A DNA stretch of 63,176 nt, the filler included, from Porpidia crustulata (Eukaryota): the NCBI GenBank assembly GCA_964255105.1. It is 7 parts of 7 records of this genome, joined end to end, with 100 filler letters (N's around TTAATTAATTAA, not from the genome) between each part and the next. Parts side by side here need not be neighbours in the genome. Positions count along the whole stretch, not along the records: positions 1 to 8,969 come from CAXUWE010001021.1; positions 9,070 to 18,017 come from CAXUWE010001022.1; 5 more parts are not named here. The stretch is one strand, 5' to 3'. Of the stretch, positions 1 to 10,759 are shown piece by piece (positions within the stretch are counted from its first letter, which is position 1; every line of letters begins with the position of its first letter). The translations under genes and the position numbers were made by a program. The notes beneath the pieces are model-generated. The model was not told the DNA's origin. It did not search any database and saw only the letters and a program-made list of their open reading frames with translations.

Positions 1-882
1 GTACATCATGGCGGTTCGGAGGCGGGGGTCCATGAGCGCGTGCACGAATTGGCGGCCGGTGGGTTTGAGGAAGCTGGGGGTTTTCCAGAGGAGGATGGCG
101 AGGGTTTGGTCGGCGGTAGTTTTGTTGGCGGGGTGCGGAAGCATGTGGGATTTTTCGTATTCTTCGCCCCAGGCGACGAGTTCTTCTTGGAATTGCAGGC
201 CGTCGATCCAGCCGTTTTTGGCGGACGGGAGGTTGGCAAAGGAGATGCCCATGGCGTCGCCGAGGGATTTCCAGAAGGTGCCGATGGCGCATTTTTCAAA
301 GGCTGCGAGTTTGCGCCATTCGTAGGTGTCGATCCAGCGGATGGGCTCGGCGATGAAGAGGGATAGGGTGTAGAGCATGTCATCGTTTGATATTTTGCCG
401 GCTTTTTGATATCTGCTGTGGATGTAATTCATCCTGCTGATTGCTTCCAAGGTCCTCTCATGTGCGGGTGCATGTTTCATGAATTCTTGGATCAATACCT
501 CGGTGTCCGTATACCGTTTGCAAGCCATTGACTCACTGCTGAGCTGTCCTGTTGCAACGAGCAATTTTGATATCGAAGGAATGCCATAGGTGCGAAAGAG
601 CGCAAATTGCAACGCCTTTTCGAAACAAAAGGGAAATTCAAGCTCGCCAAGATTCTGCTGAATTAGAAAAGCTTCATTGTCGGTCATGGAAGCAAAGGAG
701 CGGCGGTCGGTGTAGGGGAATGTCTCGAGAGTCGTGCGAAGGCGGTCATGACGTAACAGGGCTACGATAAGGGGATAAATAAGCAGAAGAAGGAGGTAGT
801 ACGGAGACGGTTCGATAAGCGGGCTTTTTGACGGGTCATTGAAGGCGAAACCACCTGAAATTGCGGTAAAGTTGTCCATCAT
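1..882 (-). CDS. MpaB-like ER-bound oxygenase (DUF2236 / rubber-oxygenase-type catalytic domain), 3' end truncated by window start
   Basis: Absent from the ORF track because it runs off the edge with no stop. Manual translation: MMDNFTAISGG...YYLLLLLIYPLIVALLR (TM)...ELEFPFCFEKALQFALFRTYGIPSISKLL...KRYTDTEVLIQEF...AISRMNYIHSRYQKAGKISNDDMLYTLSLF...EPIRWIDTYEWR...GTFWKSLGDAM, matching MpaB-family motifs. Confidence 0.85.
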   Translation of the reverse strand, partial: MMDNFTAISGGFAFNDPSKSPLIEPSPYYLLLLLIYPLIVALLRHDRLRTTLETFPYTDRRSFASMTDNEAFLIQQNLGELEFPFCFEKALQFALFRTYGIPSISKLLVATGQLSSESMACKRYTDTEVLIQEFMKHAPAHERTLEAISRMNYIHSRYQKAGKISNDDMLYTLSLFIAEPIRWIDTYEWRKLAAFEKCAIGTFWKSLGDAMGISFANLPSAKNGWIDGLQFQEELVAWGEEYEKSHMLPHPANKTTADQTLAILLWKTPSFLKPTGRQFVHALMDPRLRTAMMY

Positions 883-2509
883 CGACGACGAATGGAAAGG
901 CTTTGCGGGATATTTCAGAAACGATGGGACGAAGTAGAAAAAGAAACTGGAAACTGAATCAAATGGATAATTTCAGAGAACATCTGTTGATGAGCGCCCA
1001 ATCTATCTGATTGGCTCTGCTCCAGACGCAGCCAACCGCATGAAGAATCTCGTCATGGCCATAAGGCTGCCCTCACAGTGTTCTTTGACCCCCAAGCCTG
1101 ACCATAAAAGGCCTAGATTCCCGATCGAAGCTCGGGCCAACCCGAGCCCCACTGCCATCCCTGCAGCTGCGCCATCGCAACCAACATCATCTCGTCTAAA
1201 ACTACCTTACATCAAGGCATCTACCTAGTGCGATGATTGAAATTCTCCCAGATCATTGGATCGACTCGAATCGACTGATACAGAGACTCTAGATCTCAAG
1301 GCTCTAAATGAATCGTTGCCGTGAAGAAGACGGCGATGAAGAAGATGCAGTCAGCTCGCTTGCATGCAAGCACCCAAGCGCGCCGCCCTAAGCAGACGAC
1401 CGTTACCCGTATTTAACCCCCATAGAGCTAAAAAGCCCTCATACTAGCGGATGCGAAGATCGACGCTAGTAGATTCACGTTAGGTGCTCCATTGGCGAGT
1501 GAATGATGTCGATGCTGTCTTCCATAGTCTTATGCACGAGCTTCATGTCATCTGATACACATCGGAAAAATGGATTGGTGTTTTACTAGTCTATATCGCA
1601 TATTGACTCTCAACATTCCCTCTCAATATGTAGAGTGAATATGTATGCGTAAGTGCGAAGCAATTCGAATCTTCAATCTTGTACGAATCTTTGCGAAAAT
1701 CTCCCAAGATCTACCTATTTATAAGAGCGAATTCAGAGCTTGGAGCAAGATACCTACCGTGACGTAGGCCCTGACTCTAAGGGCCTGGAACTGTTCTCAG
1801 CTCTCTCCACCAAACATATAATCTACAGACTCTCCCCCGAAGTCATCTTACAGGGTGATATCCCGCTAAACTCGCACATAATTGGAGCCTATACCTCCCT
1901 GGAACATTAACAGTTTTAGTATTAATTCACTTGAATTAACATCTTCCATACGTATTCTCTTACGACTGAACCTTTACCCAACTCAAAAGCGGCTTAGAGA
2001 ATCCAGTTCCATAGGTCCTCCCCGAATTCAGGATTAGCAATCTTCCAATGTGACTATCCAATGTAGACCCAGCCACAGAAACTAAGCCCCGTCAATTCCC
2101 CCAGGATTCTCAGTCTTCCAACTTAAATAACAAAGCCACCCGACTTCTACTTCTCGACGTCAGCTCTCAATTGCTTAGTTTCGATGGGATGGAACCGATG
2201 AGGAGGAATGTGCATAGGGCTTCTAGTGCTGAGTGATTTACTTCTACATTTATAGACTGTCGTTCGCAGTGGGACTGAGTTTTATCTTCGCTTTGTCGCC
2301 AGTGCTATCCATCTCCACTGGTTTGAGAATCGTCGGTAGCTCTTGCACTTTCAATCTCTGTGACTTCCGGATTCCGACCTTCTCTTCAACAGGGCACAAC
2401 CGCGTCCGCTTTCCGATCGCGACTTCGCAGCATCACCGCTGTTAGCTAATCATTTGACTCATTCACCTCCAGTCCGACATCTACAACCCTGATCTCATTA
2501 CTACTGACG

Positions 2510-4724
2510 TCAAGACTTTGACACCGGATACCTCTCCCCCTTCAACAAGCCCTCTACCGTCTCTCTCACATTCGCCACCTCAATCTCTTCCTTGTACCCG
2601 AGTCGCCGGCACTGCACCTCTACCTTCCTTTCCGTCCCCCATTTCTGGCGCAACGCCACAATCACCGGGAACCCAATCAGATCGGCGTCTTTGAGCTTCC
2701 ACACCGGACTTCGATACCTGTCATCCATGACTGCATCGATGGCTGGGGTCTCAGGTGTAGGCGCACTCATGAATGCCCCGACGGTCCGATTGCCGTTGGC
2801 GCTAGTAAATTCGAACCATTTTCCGTCGCCGGCTGTCAGGAAATCATAGATTTCGGCGGCCGCTTCCGCATGCTCATCATGGCTGATAATTACCACTTCG
2901 AAGGGAGCCATGACACGCGGCCAATTCAAGCCGACCTTATCGGCCAGCGAGTCCGCTACAGCGCCGATAAGACGCGAGACGCCGATTCCATGGCAACCCA
3001 TTTGTACGGGGACTTTCGGGTTTGCACGATCAAGAAAGACATTGGCGCCGAGAGGCACGCTGTATTTGGTGCCAAGATAGAAGGTATGGCCAAGCTCGAT
3101 AGCATTTTGGGTTTTGAGGGTTCCGATCGTGCATTTTGGGCAGGAGGAGCCGTTTTGGAGTCGAAGGAGGTCAGGGGCCTCGTTGGTGTCGGCTGAAAGG
3201 TGAGCCAGCTTGGGGATCAAGAGACCTAGACGTGAGAGTTTCGCGCTGACGGCTTGCGTAGATTCAGTGAGCTGGGAGAGGGGGACGCGATAGTCGGAGA
3301 TTTGGAGAATTTTGGGCATTGTTCGGGTTTCCGTAGCTTGAGCACCTATCCAGAAGCGAGCAAAGGTCTTAAGTGCGTCCTCAACGCTGAGGTCCAGGTC
3401 TGGGAATAAGCGCTTCATCACGAAGGGATTAATTTGGGGGTTTTGGCGCAAACCAATATTAGCCGGATAGATAGCCTCTACGAGATATGTTCGATCTCGA
3501 CTGATACCGTACCATGAAGAAAAACCATTGGCTTTTCCTTCTGTTGACTCGGTACGTGTACGAGATTGTTCTTGAAGTTTAGCCACTTCCTCTTCATTGG
3601 CCACCAAGGAACACGAATCACAGCTTAATATATTGTCTTCGCCTTTGGAAGTTGGTAAGTGATATTCATGACTGAGGTCACCCCCAATATCGCCAGAATC
3701 TGCTTCGGCAATCAAGTAAGGGATTTTAAACTCATCAAAAAAGGCATTGTAAGCCTTTCGAACGGTTTCATAGCTTTCAAGCGCCATTTCCTTTGTCAAG
3801 TCAAAGGTGTACAAATCCTTCATCAAAAATTCCCGCGTACGTAATAATCCTTGCCGCGGGCGCGGCTCATCTCGGTACTTGCGGGCTATACTGTCAGTCA
3901 TAAGATTGTGCTATCGAAAATGTTCGAACTGACTTATCTGGTAAAGCTTGAGCGGAAGGTCCTTGTATGATTGCAGCGTGCCGCCAACAATTGAAGTAAT
4001 CTCTTCTTCATGCGTTGGTGATAGAAGGTATTTCTGATCTTTACGGTCGCGTAGTCGGAAAAGCTTTGCGCTCGATTTTTAGATACGAAATTTACTTTAT
4101 ACGTAAGCAAACATACCTCTGAGGTTCTTCCTAATCTTCCAGATTGCTCCCATAATGCTTCGGATGAAAATGTTGACAGTGAAACCTTCGATGCTCCTAG
4201 GTGTTAAGTAAGCGTACGACTGGAACTATCAACGTGGATTTTCAGTACATACCAAGCGCACGCATATACTTGTCTAGTAATCTCTCAAGCTTCTCCTGTA
4301 TCCTCAAGCCCAGAGGTAAGAGCTGGAAGAGACCGGAATGCGCCTATCGTTGGACTTAGCATGGATGCTGGATCAAAATATTCCGTCTACTTACCTGCCG
4401 CAAGAAGCCAGCTCGGACTAGCATTGAATGAGAATCTTCTTCATACAGTCAGAATCTTGGGAATAGAATTTACAAGAGGTACCAAACCATGGGAGCCGCT
4501 CGGAGGTGCGATACCCCCTGTGGGTATCCACAATCGAGAAAGCCGTTGTCTGCCATCATCCTACGATTCGTGATAAGTAGCAACAACAATCACATGGAAA
4601 TTAGGCATCAAACATAGAGCGATCGCAGCTGAACGTTCCTAAAACCACTATTCTTTGTAAGATGGATCGACTTGGGTCGATAAATCAAGCAGAGAACATT
4701 GCGCTTCGAGAGATGAGACTGCAT
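2510..4724 (-). CDS. AIM10: Mitochondrial (bacterial-type) prolyl-tRNA synthetase, multi-exon
   Basis: Spliced reading [10 protein letters not shown]...[28 protein letters not shown]...[10 protein letters not shown]...[27 protein letters not shown]...[13 protein letters not shown]...[11 protein letters not shown]...[11 protein letters not shown]. Class IIa motifs, anticodon-binding domain, and basic presequence-like N-terminus. About 6 short GT-AG introns between 3889 and 4615. Confidence 0.92.
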
Positions 4725-5206
4725 TCATGCTAATAACCCGCTAAGAGAATTGGAAATCCCAAGGTAATCTCATACTTTAACGAACACTTAACCGGCAATA
4801 ACGTAGTATACTAAAGAGCGTGACCACACTAATTATTGACGCTCTTTGGCTCTAGGAATCATCGTTAATCAAAAGCTTAAGCGCGAGGCCGTAGTAACGA
4901 ATGCGCCTATCGCGGCAGTTGCTATGCAAGGCTGCCCGAAATCAACAAAGCATTTGGGCACGCTGAAGGACAGCACGACTCGTGCCTGAGATGGTCAGGA
5001 TCAAAATAATTCTCGAATGTCTCTTTCAGTCTGTATCATAATTTGAATTTGCTTCAACCCTGCTGTTTAGGAAGCTTAGAGTCCTTGACTTTGGCGATTC
5101 CTGAGAGTAAACAAAGCATACTACACAAAATTACATCAGCGCTTGCTTAACTGGAATAATCGCCTCAGATCTTCTGCTAGACTCTTGGGTACTTTGACCA
5201 GACAGT

Positions 5207-6031
5207 ATGCGCGTACTCGGAAGTCTCGCTTTACTATTTCTGTCCAGCTTCGTATCAGCTTCCGGCTTCTCCCCCTTCCTTTTACCCTACGCTGGCTGGT
5301 CTATACAAGATGTTGAAGGATCTACCGGTGACCTTTCTAAACGTCAGAGTGGCTGTGCTTTAGGCTTTATTTCATGCGCCAATCTTGGAGGAACAGGCGT
5401 GTGCTGCAAGTCAAATGCTATGTGTGCCCTCGACCAGGCTGGACATGTCGCTTGCTGCCCAATGGGATCAGCATGCACGGGGACCATCAACGCAGGATCA
5501 GTAGTAGCAACAGCCTTGAGTACTAGCAACACAATCACCAGCTTAGCACCATCGCAAGCGACGGTAGCTTCGACGACTACCGGGAATCGTGCGCAGATCA
5601 CTGGGCTGAGAAGTACAGTGCCCAACTCTTACTTTCCATTCGTCTACCTCCCGAGCAGTTTTTCAAATGGCGCCGACTGTTCTTTATCCTATTCGAGTTG
5701 CGCCTCGGCATTCAGCAGCTGTACTAGCTCCTTGGGCGGGGGATCCAATGGTGTCACTGCACCCGGTGTTACCATCACAGGGCCTGGAGTAGGCGCCACG
5801 GCGCAAACTTCGTTACCGTCAGCATCAGCGGCATCGATCTGCTCTAGTCTTAGTACACAGGCTTGCTACCCTCTTCAATTGGCAAATTGCCCGATGTACG
5901 GTACTGCCGGCGAAACGGCACCTTCAGCGGCAACATTTGTTGCCCCAAACGCGGCAGCCACAAAGTGCGCCGCTTTTTATGGCATGGGAGCTGGAATTGC
6001 TGTTGGTATCGCTGGGCAGGTACTCAGATGA
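5207..6031 (+). CDS. Secreted Cys/Ser/Thr-rich cell-surface protein, probably GPI-anchored
   Basis: Signal peptide MRVLGSLALLFLSSFVSA, Kex2-like KR before a Cys module (C..SC....GVCC....C......ACCP.G..CTG), S/T-rich linker, second Cys cluster, hydrophobic C-terminal tail. Single exon, 274 aa. Confidence 0.8.
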   Translation: MRVLGSLALLFLSSFVSASGFSPFLLPYAGWSIQDVEGSTGDLSKRQSGCALGFISCANLGGTGVCCKSNAMCALDQAGHVACCPMGSACTGTINAGSVVATALSTSNTITSLAPSQATVASTTTGNRAQITGLRSTVPNSYFPFVYLPSSFSNGADCSLSYSSCASAFSSCTSSLGGGSNGVTAPGVTITGPGVGATAQTSLPSASAASICSSLSTQACYPLQLANCPMYGTAGETAPSAATFVAPNAAATKCAAFYGMGAGIAVGIAGQVLR

Positions 6032-7984
6032 GATCGCTTCAAGGCTCGCACTCACATATGTAGTAAAAGTGAAGCGTGGAGTTTGGGCGACAGGCTTTGG
6101 GGTTTCGCGGGTATGATGGAATGGCAGTGGAGTTGATGATTCCGTTTTACGATATATCCTATTTTCCCGTGCATTATATTGCTCCTGTAAAATCCAGACT
6201 TGCTAGGGTACCTGTTCTCGATCTGTCCGCCCATTCAGTCTTAGTCTCATGTCCTGAAGACGTTACCTTCACATTAAACCCTCATCACTCAACACAACTC
6301 AAATCAAATCAAACCAAATATAGATCAATAATTTCCCTTGCTCCATGCCCACAATATAGAACACCTACTCGGCTTTGGCTTACTCTCTTACAAGTCTTTC
6401 ACTTTCCTCAAGGCATTCGACTCCTTTTGCCAACCTCACTTGGTGGGCTTCGGCTTCGGCTTAGCCCAAATGTCCCGCGTCGACCGTAGAAGTTTCGAGT
6501 CGCTCACTCCATCCTACACAAGTCTTTTGATGTAGTGAGTGGTCAACTGAGACTCTATGAAATTCAATGAGCTTCGGTCATTGTAGTTGAGACATCCGTG
6601 AGTGGTGGCGTGGCGATTGCCGGTTGGCCCTCGAATTGATCAGTCTGCCTATTTAGGTAAGTGATATCGTCCCTGAATCATCTACCTAGTTAGCTTGAAT
6701 GATCAACGGAATCTTTGATTATTAATCTGCACATTTGTGATTTGACCTGTTCAAGCACCATGTAAAATTCGTCGAGTGCAGTAGGGACAATGATGTCATC
6801 TTTCATGAGATCCAATACACAGTGTCATTGCATACACCCGAACGGGTTTCGACTGCTGTAGTAGAATGATATATAGTGAAGAGAACATTGCTGGAAAGCA
6901 GTGCTTGCAAGAGAATCATACATACAGGAATGTACCGAGACAATGTTGATGTTTACAGAACATAGAAAGATCAATTTGATCCGGGTATTACTGATGACAC
7001 GATATGGAAAGTTGATATCCACTACTCTATGCTCCCTAGTAAGAGAGTCGTTCTCTCCGGCTCCGTAGTAATAAGGATAGTAGACACGATAAGATAGTCG
7101 AAAGGGGCCCGATCTATCAGATTGATTCCTTCGTTCCGAGAGCTTGAACTTCCCAGTGGTGCTTGCGAGATTGTTTCATTCCCTTCATCCTCACGCACAC
7201 TATCTACTGCTTGCTGAAATGGTTGTCGTCTGGTGGTCCTGTCGTTGAAGTATCATCAAGATCGAAGAAGCATACAGCAGCGCTAAGATAAGTTATCTTA
7301 TCGTGAAATCTGCTAACCATCATTGTTACAGATCGATGTCCCTTCAGGCTTCAGGACGCTCACCTAAGGACCGGAGGCTTGGTCTGTTCTCAATCGTCAC
7401 AGATACATGGTAGATAGGACAACTACTCTTCAGAATATTATAGGCAGTCGACGGTGATCTCGAGGCTCTTGCGAAGAAGCAGCGAAATTTGACTGTCGAT
7501 CATCCGTAGGGTGTGCGTTGCCCGGTCGTACCTCGCTAAAAGTAAACATGCAAAGGGTGCATTTCATCCTTATCCAGTTGAACATCATTGGCTATCTTTG
7601 AATCCTGGCATTGAACTCCTGTATCGCATCAAATAACTTTGTCATTCACCGAATCCATCAAACTATCAGACATCAAGGCCTACGAGGAGCGTGCGGCTCT
7701 TAGTGGTGGAGAGTTCGGATTATTTGGGTGGTTGGTCGATAAGGTGGTTGGGGATATTGATCATAGCCTAAGCTTGCATTCCCGACTCCCTCACACCACA
7801 ATTTTCCTCTCTACACTCACTTGCCCGCCGTATAACAACGCTCTTTATCTGATTGTTCATCCGCGCCACCATTCCAAACATCTTTCAGTTGGAAGTGGCA
7901 GATCAGGTCTTGATCGTGAACCTCGAAAACCGCTGCTGCCGCAGTGACAACAGCATTCCTCGATCCTCCCCCACATTCCTCGCC

Positions 7985-8969
7985 ATGCATTTCTCACAAC
8001 CACCGACTCTTCTTTCCCTTCTCCAAATCATCCTATCGTCAACACACACCACGAGCGCAACACCACTACCTCAAGATCAATCAGCACTTGGATCGGAAAA
8101 TAGTACATTGGTGGAAAGGACTTGCGCAAACCCCTGTGGATTCGGAGGTCTATGCTGTGGAGCTCAACAAGCATGCTTAAACATCAACGGCCAACCCAAC
8201 TGTGGCGATGCCAGTCCAATAACAGCAGCAACCACATTTAACAATGCCGCGAACAATGGCCAATGGCAGCTCTACACCACCACCTTCACCGAGACCGACC
8301 TCATCGTCCGAACCTCCACCTACAGCTCGAATTTCGCCTCCGTGACAGCTCAAGTGGTAGCCACACCGACCACATTCATCGCGCCCGCAGTCACAACCCT
8401 CTCCTGCCGACTCGACCTCCAAGAAAGCCCCTGCGGCACCTTCTGCTGCGCTGCCGGCCAAGTCTGTCTTTACCAAGGCCAATGTGGAGCGGCAACCACC
8501 CTGGCCGACGCCAGCAGCTATTACTTCTCCGCGGTAACCAACACTGCCTCCGCCTTCATCCGTCCTACAAGTAACACTATCCAGACCATCACCTCGACCG
8601 GCACCCCCACCACCACCGTCCCCTTCAGCACGCCCACCTCTACCGGCAGCACCGCCGGCATGGCCGCATCTACCACCAACAACGGCCTCAGCGGCGGTGC
8701 CATCGCGGGCATCGTCATCGGCGTCATCGCGGGCATCCTCCTCCTCCTCATCTGCGCCTGCTTCTGCTTCAAGGGCCTCCTCGACAGGCTCCTCGCCCTG
8801 CTCGGCCTCCGCAGTAAACCGCGCCGCACCCGAGAAGAAACCTACATCGAAGAACGGCACTCGCGCCACGGCGCCGGTGGTGGAGGACGCACTTGGTATG
8901 GCGCGGCAAGACCGAACCGGGTCGATCGGCCGAAGAAGAGCGGGATAGGAGGCCTCTTAGGGGTTGGGG
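7985..8969 (+). CDS. Single-pass type I membrane protein with Cys-rich repeats and S/T stalk (Mid2/Wsc-like architecture), truncated at contig end
   Basis: Signal-like MHFSQPPTLLSLLQIIL, two CC-containing modules (CANPCGFGGLCC; SPCGTFCC), T/S-rich region, TM GLSGGAIAGIVIGVIAGILLLLICACFCF, basic cytoplasmic tail. Confidence 0.8.
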
Positions 8970-9069
8970 NNNNNNNNNNNNNNNNNNNNNNNNNNNNNNN
9001 NNNNNNNNNNNNNTTAATTAATTAANNNNNNNNNNNNNNNNNNNNNNNNNNNNNNNNNNNNNNNNNNNN
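8970..9069. other. Artificial contig linker (N44-TTAATTAATTAA-N44)
   Basis: 100-bp spacer with a six-frame stop cassette, repeated identically six times in the window. Confidence 0.99.
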
Positions 9070-9902
9070 GTGCCTTTGCTGAATGGGGTCTGGGGGAGCA
9101 TGGCGAGGATGGCTTTGGCGTAGGGGATTGCTAGGCGTTTGCCCTGGGGGGTGTCAGTTGTTTTCTGTAACTGTCCTTGTATCGGGAGTGGTGCGGAATG
9201 ATGCCGAAGGGGGTGCGTTCAGAGAGTTGTAATTTTATTTGGTAACCATAGTGGAGGTCTTCAAGACTAATCGATTGTGTGTTTTCTCATCATTGCAGAC
9301 AGCTTTGGAGCAGCTCGATCCCCACATACCTGTTGGATCCACTCATTTTCTACAGCCTTGAGGCGTATCACTGCCCCAACCCTACGCATCTCGATACCCA
9401 GTTCGGCACTTATCACTCTCACACTCCGTTTAAGCTCTGAATGCCTATACCACACTTCGTCCCTCAGTTCATTGCTCAGCACCGGCTGACTTCTAAATTG
9501 CCGGTTCATCGGGAATGGAACGAGATCATCCAGCGTTTCCTTCGGTATACTCTGTCCCAGCTCATAGTTCTTTTCCGATGATTTCGCATTGTCTTCACCT
9601 GGCAAGGGCGTGCTCTGCTCATCCTCTACTTTGGGATCCCTTTCGTTTGCGCGAATCAGACGCCCATTCTGGTCATAAGCGTTAATGTAATTTGTTGATC
9701 CAGGGAGGGGATTCCTAAAGACGGAACCAGGGCCTTCGAGCCATCGGAACATCAGAGCTCTTTGACGAGTGGCTGCTCGAGGGGTAGTTGAGAACTTCTT
9801 GGCAGGAACTTGGCAAAGACATTGGCACTGTGAGCTGGGGACGGGCAATATTATTGATGAGAGAGAAGATGGTAGGGACGGTTGTCGAACTCGCGGTGGC
9901 AT
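9070..9902 (-). CDS. MRPS35: Mitochondrial small-subunit ribosomal protein mS45 (MRPS35/Bot1 family), 3' truncated
   Basis: PFPMNRQFRSQPVLSNELRDEVW...SVRVISAELGIEMRRVGAVIRLK...EWIQQ, then an intron at about 9143-9329, then GKRLAIPYAKAILAMLP. Mitochondrial presequence-like N-terminus. Confidence 0.85.
9214..9297 (-). ncRNA. Intronic box C/D snoRNA with two LSU rRNA guides
   Basis: Minus strand: box C ATGATGA (9293-9287), guide TCGATTAGTC then putative D' TTGA, guide AAATTACAACTC then box D CTGA (9222-9219), short TGC/GCA terminal stem. Guides are complementary to the conserved LSU rRNA segments GACUAAUCGA and GAGUUGUAAUUU (rRNA sequences recalled from memory). Confidence 0.85.
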
Positions 9903-10759
9903 CTTGATATGTATGGTCGCGCTTTAAATTACTCTGAGTATTGAAGTAATGTAAATTAAAAGTTTATCGTAATCTTTCCTATAGTAAGAAATCTTGTTCT
10001 GAGAGTACTAGAGCGATGTTTGATCTATATCTCGAAATTGATTGAGTGATTTGACTTGGCTGCGGCGAAAACGTTTACGGCAAACCATAACGTCAGATTC
10101 GCACTGTACTCATTCTCACCCCTCAGCGGATCGCCCTAATCAAAACTAGATACAACCCTAACCCTATACGGGTGGTCCGTTGAGGGATGAGAACGAGTAG
10201 GAGAAAAACATTGCTCCGCTACATGCGTAGGATCAAGTTTCTACAGAAATCTCGTCAATGATCAGCGAAAGGGCAAGTAGCAACTATGTGTCGATTCATA
10301 AGAGCGAGTGAATGACGATAGGACTACATAGCTAGATTGACTGTCAAACTGTTTAGGAGCTTCTTGAGTTCCTGAACATATCGAGTCTAGCCCTAAAAAG
10401 TCGAGCGGTCATTATATGGGGATACTGGGGAGAGATAGACCTAGAGTAGCCGTCGATGGGATGCCTAAAAATTAACATTCGCTCACCATAGTAAGTCCTT
10501 TCTTCATTCACAAGGCGCATCACAAATGGATGACTTAAGTAGGGTAAAGCACAGACAGACACCCTTTCCGACAGAATGTAGGCATCTTCGTGTGTAGAAT
10601 ACAGAACGCCGACCCAACATCACCCAGGCTCAATTTATCATTTCCTGCATCATTCAATGCTATCCTAGCATCGAGTCCCTCAATCAATCGCTGCCCAGGT
10701 TTCATGTTCCTAAACTCCTAAACCAGGGTGGTTTTCTTGGATCTGGTATGTATCAGACT

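Noticed and set aside
2087..2099. CCCCGTCAATTCC, matching the reverse complement of a conserved SSU rRNA primer site
   Set aside because: Only 13 nt and the flanks do not continue as rRNA; chance match.
8177..8869. Long antisense ORFs (also 44078-44710, 48723-49307, 51483-51959, 62137-62577)
   Set aside because: Shadows of real genes on the opposite strand caused by codon bias.
9014..9025. TTAATTAATTAA recurring about every 9 kb, resembling a periodic repeat or array
   Set aside because: Synthetic linker embedded in Ns. ORFs ending in X...LIN are artefacts of it.
10154..10166. AACCCTAACCCTA telomere-like repeat or telomerase RNA template candidate
   Set aside because: Only about two units, interstitial, with no room or structural evidence for a fungal telomerase RNA.
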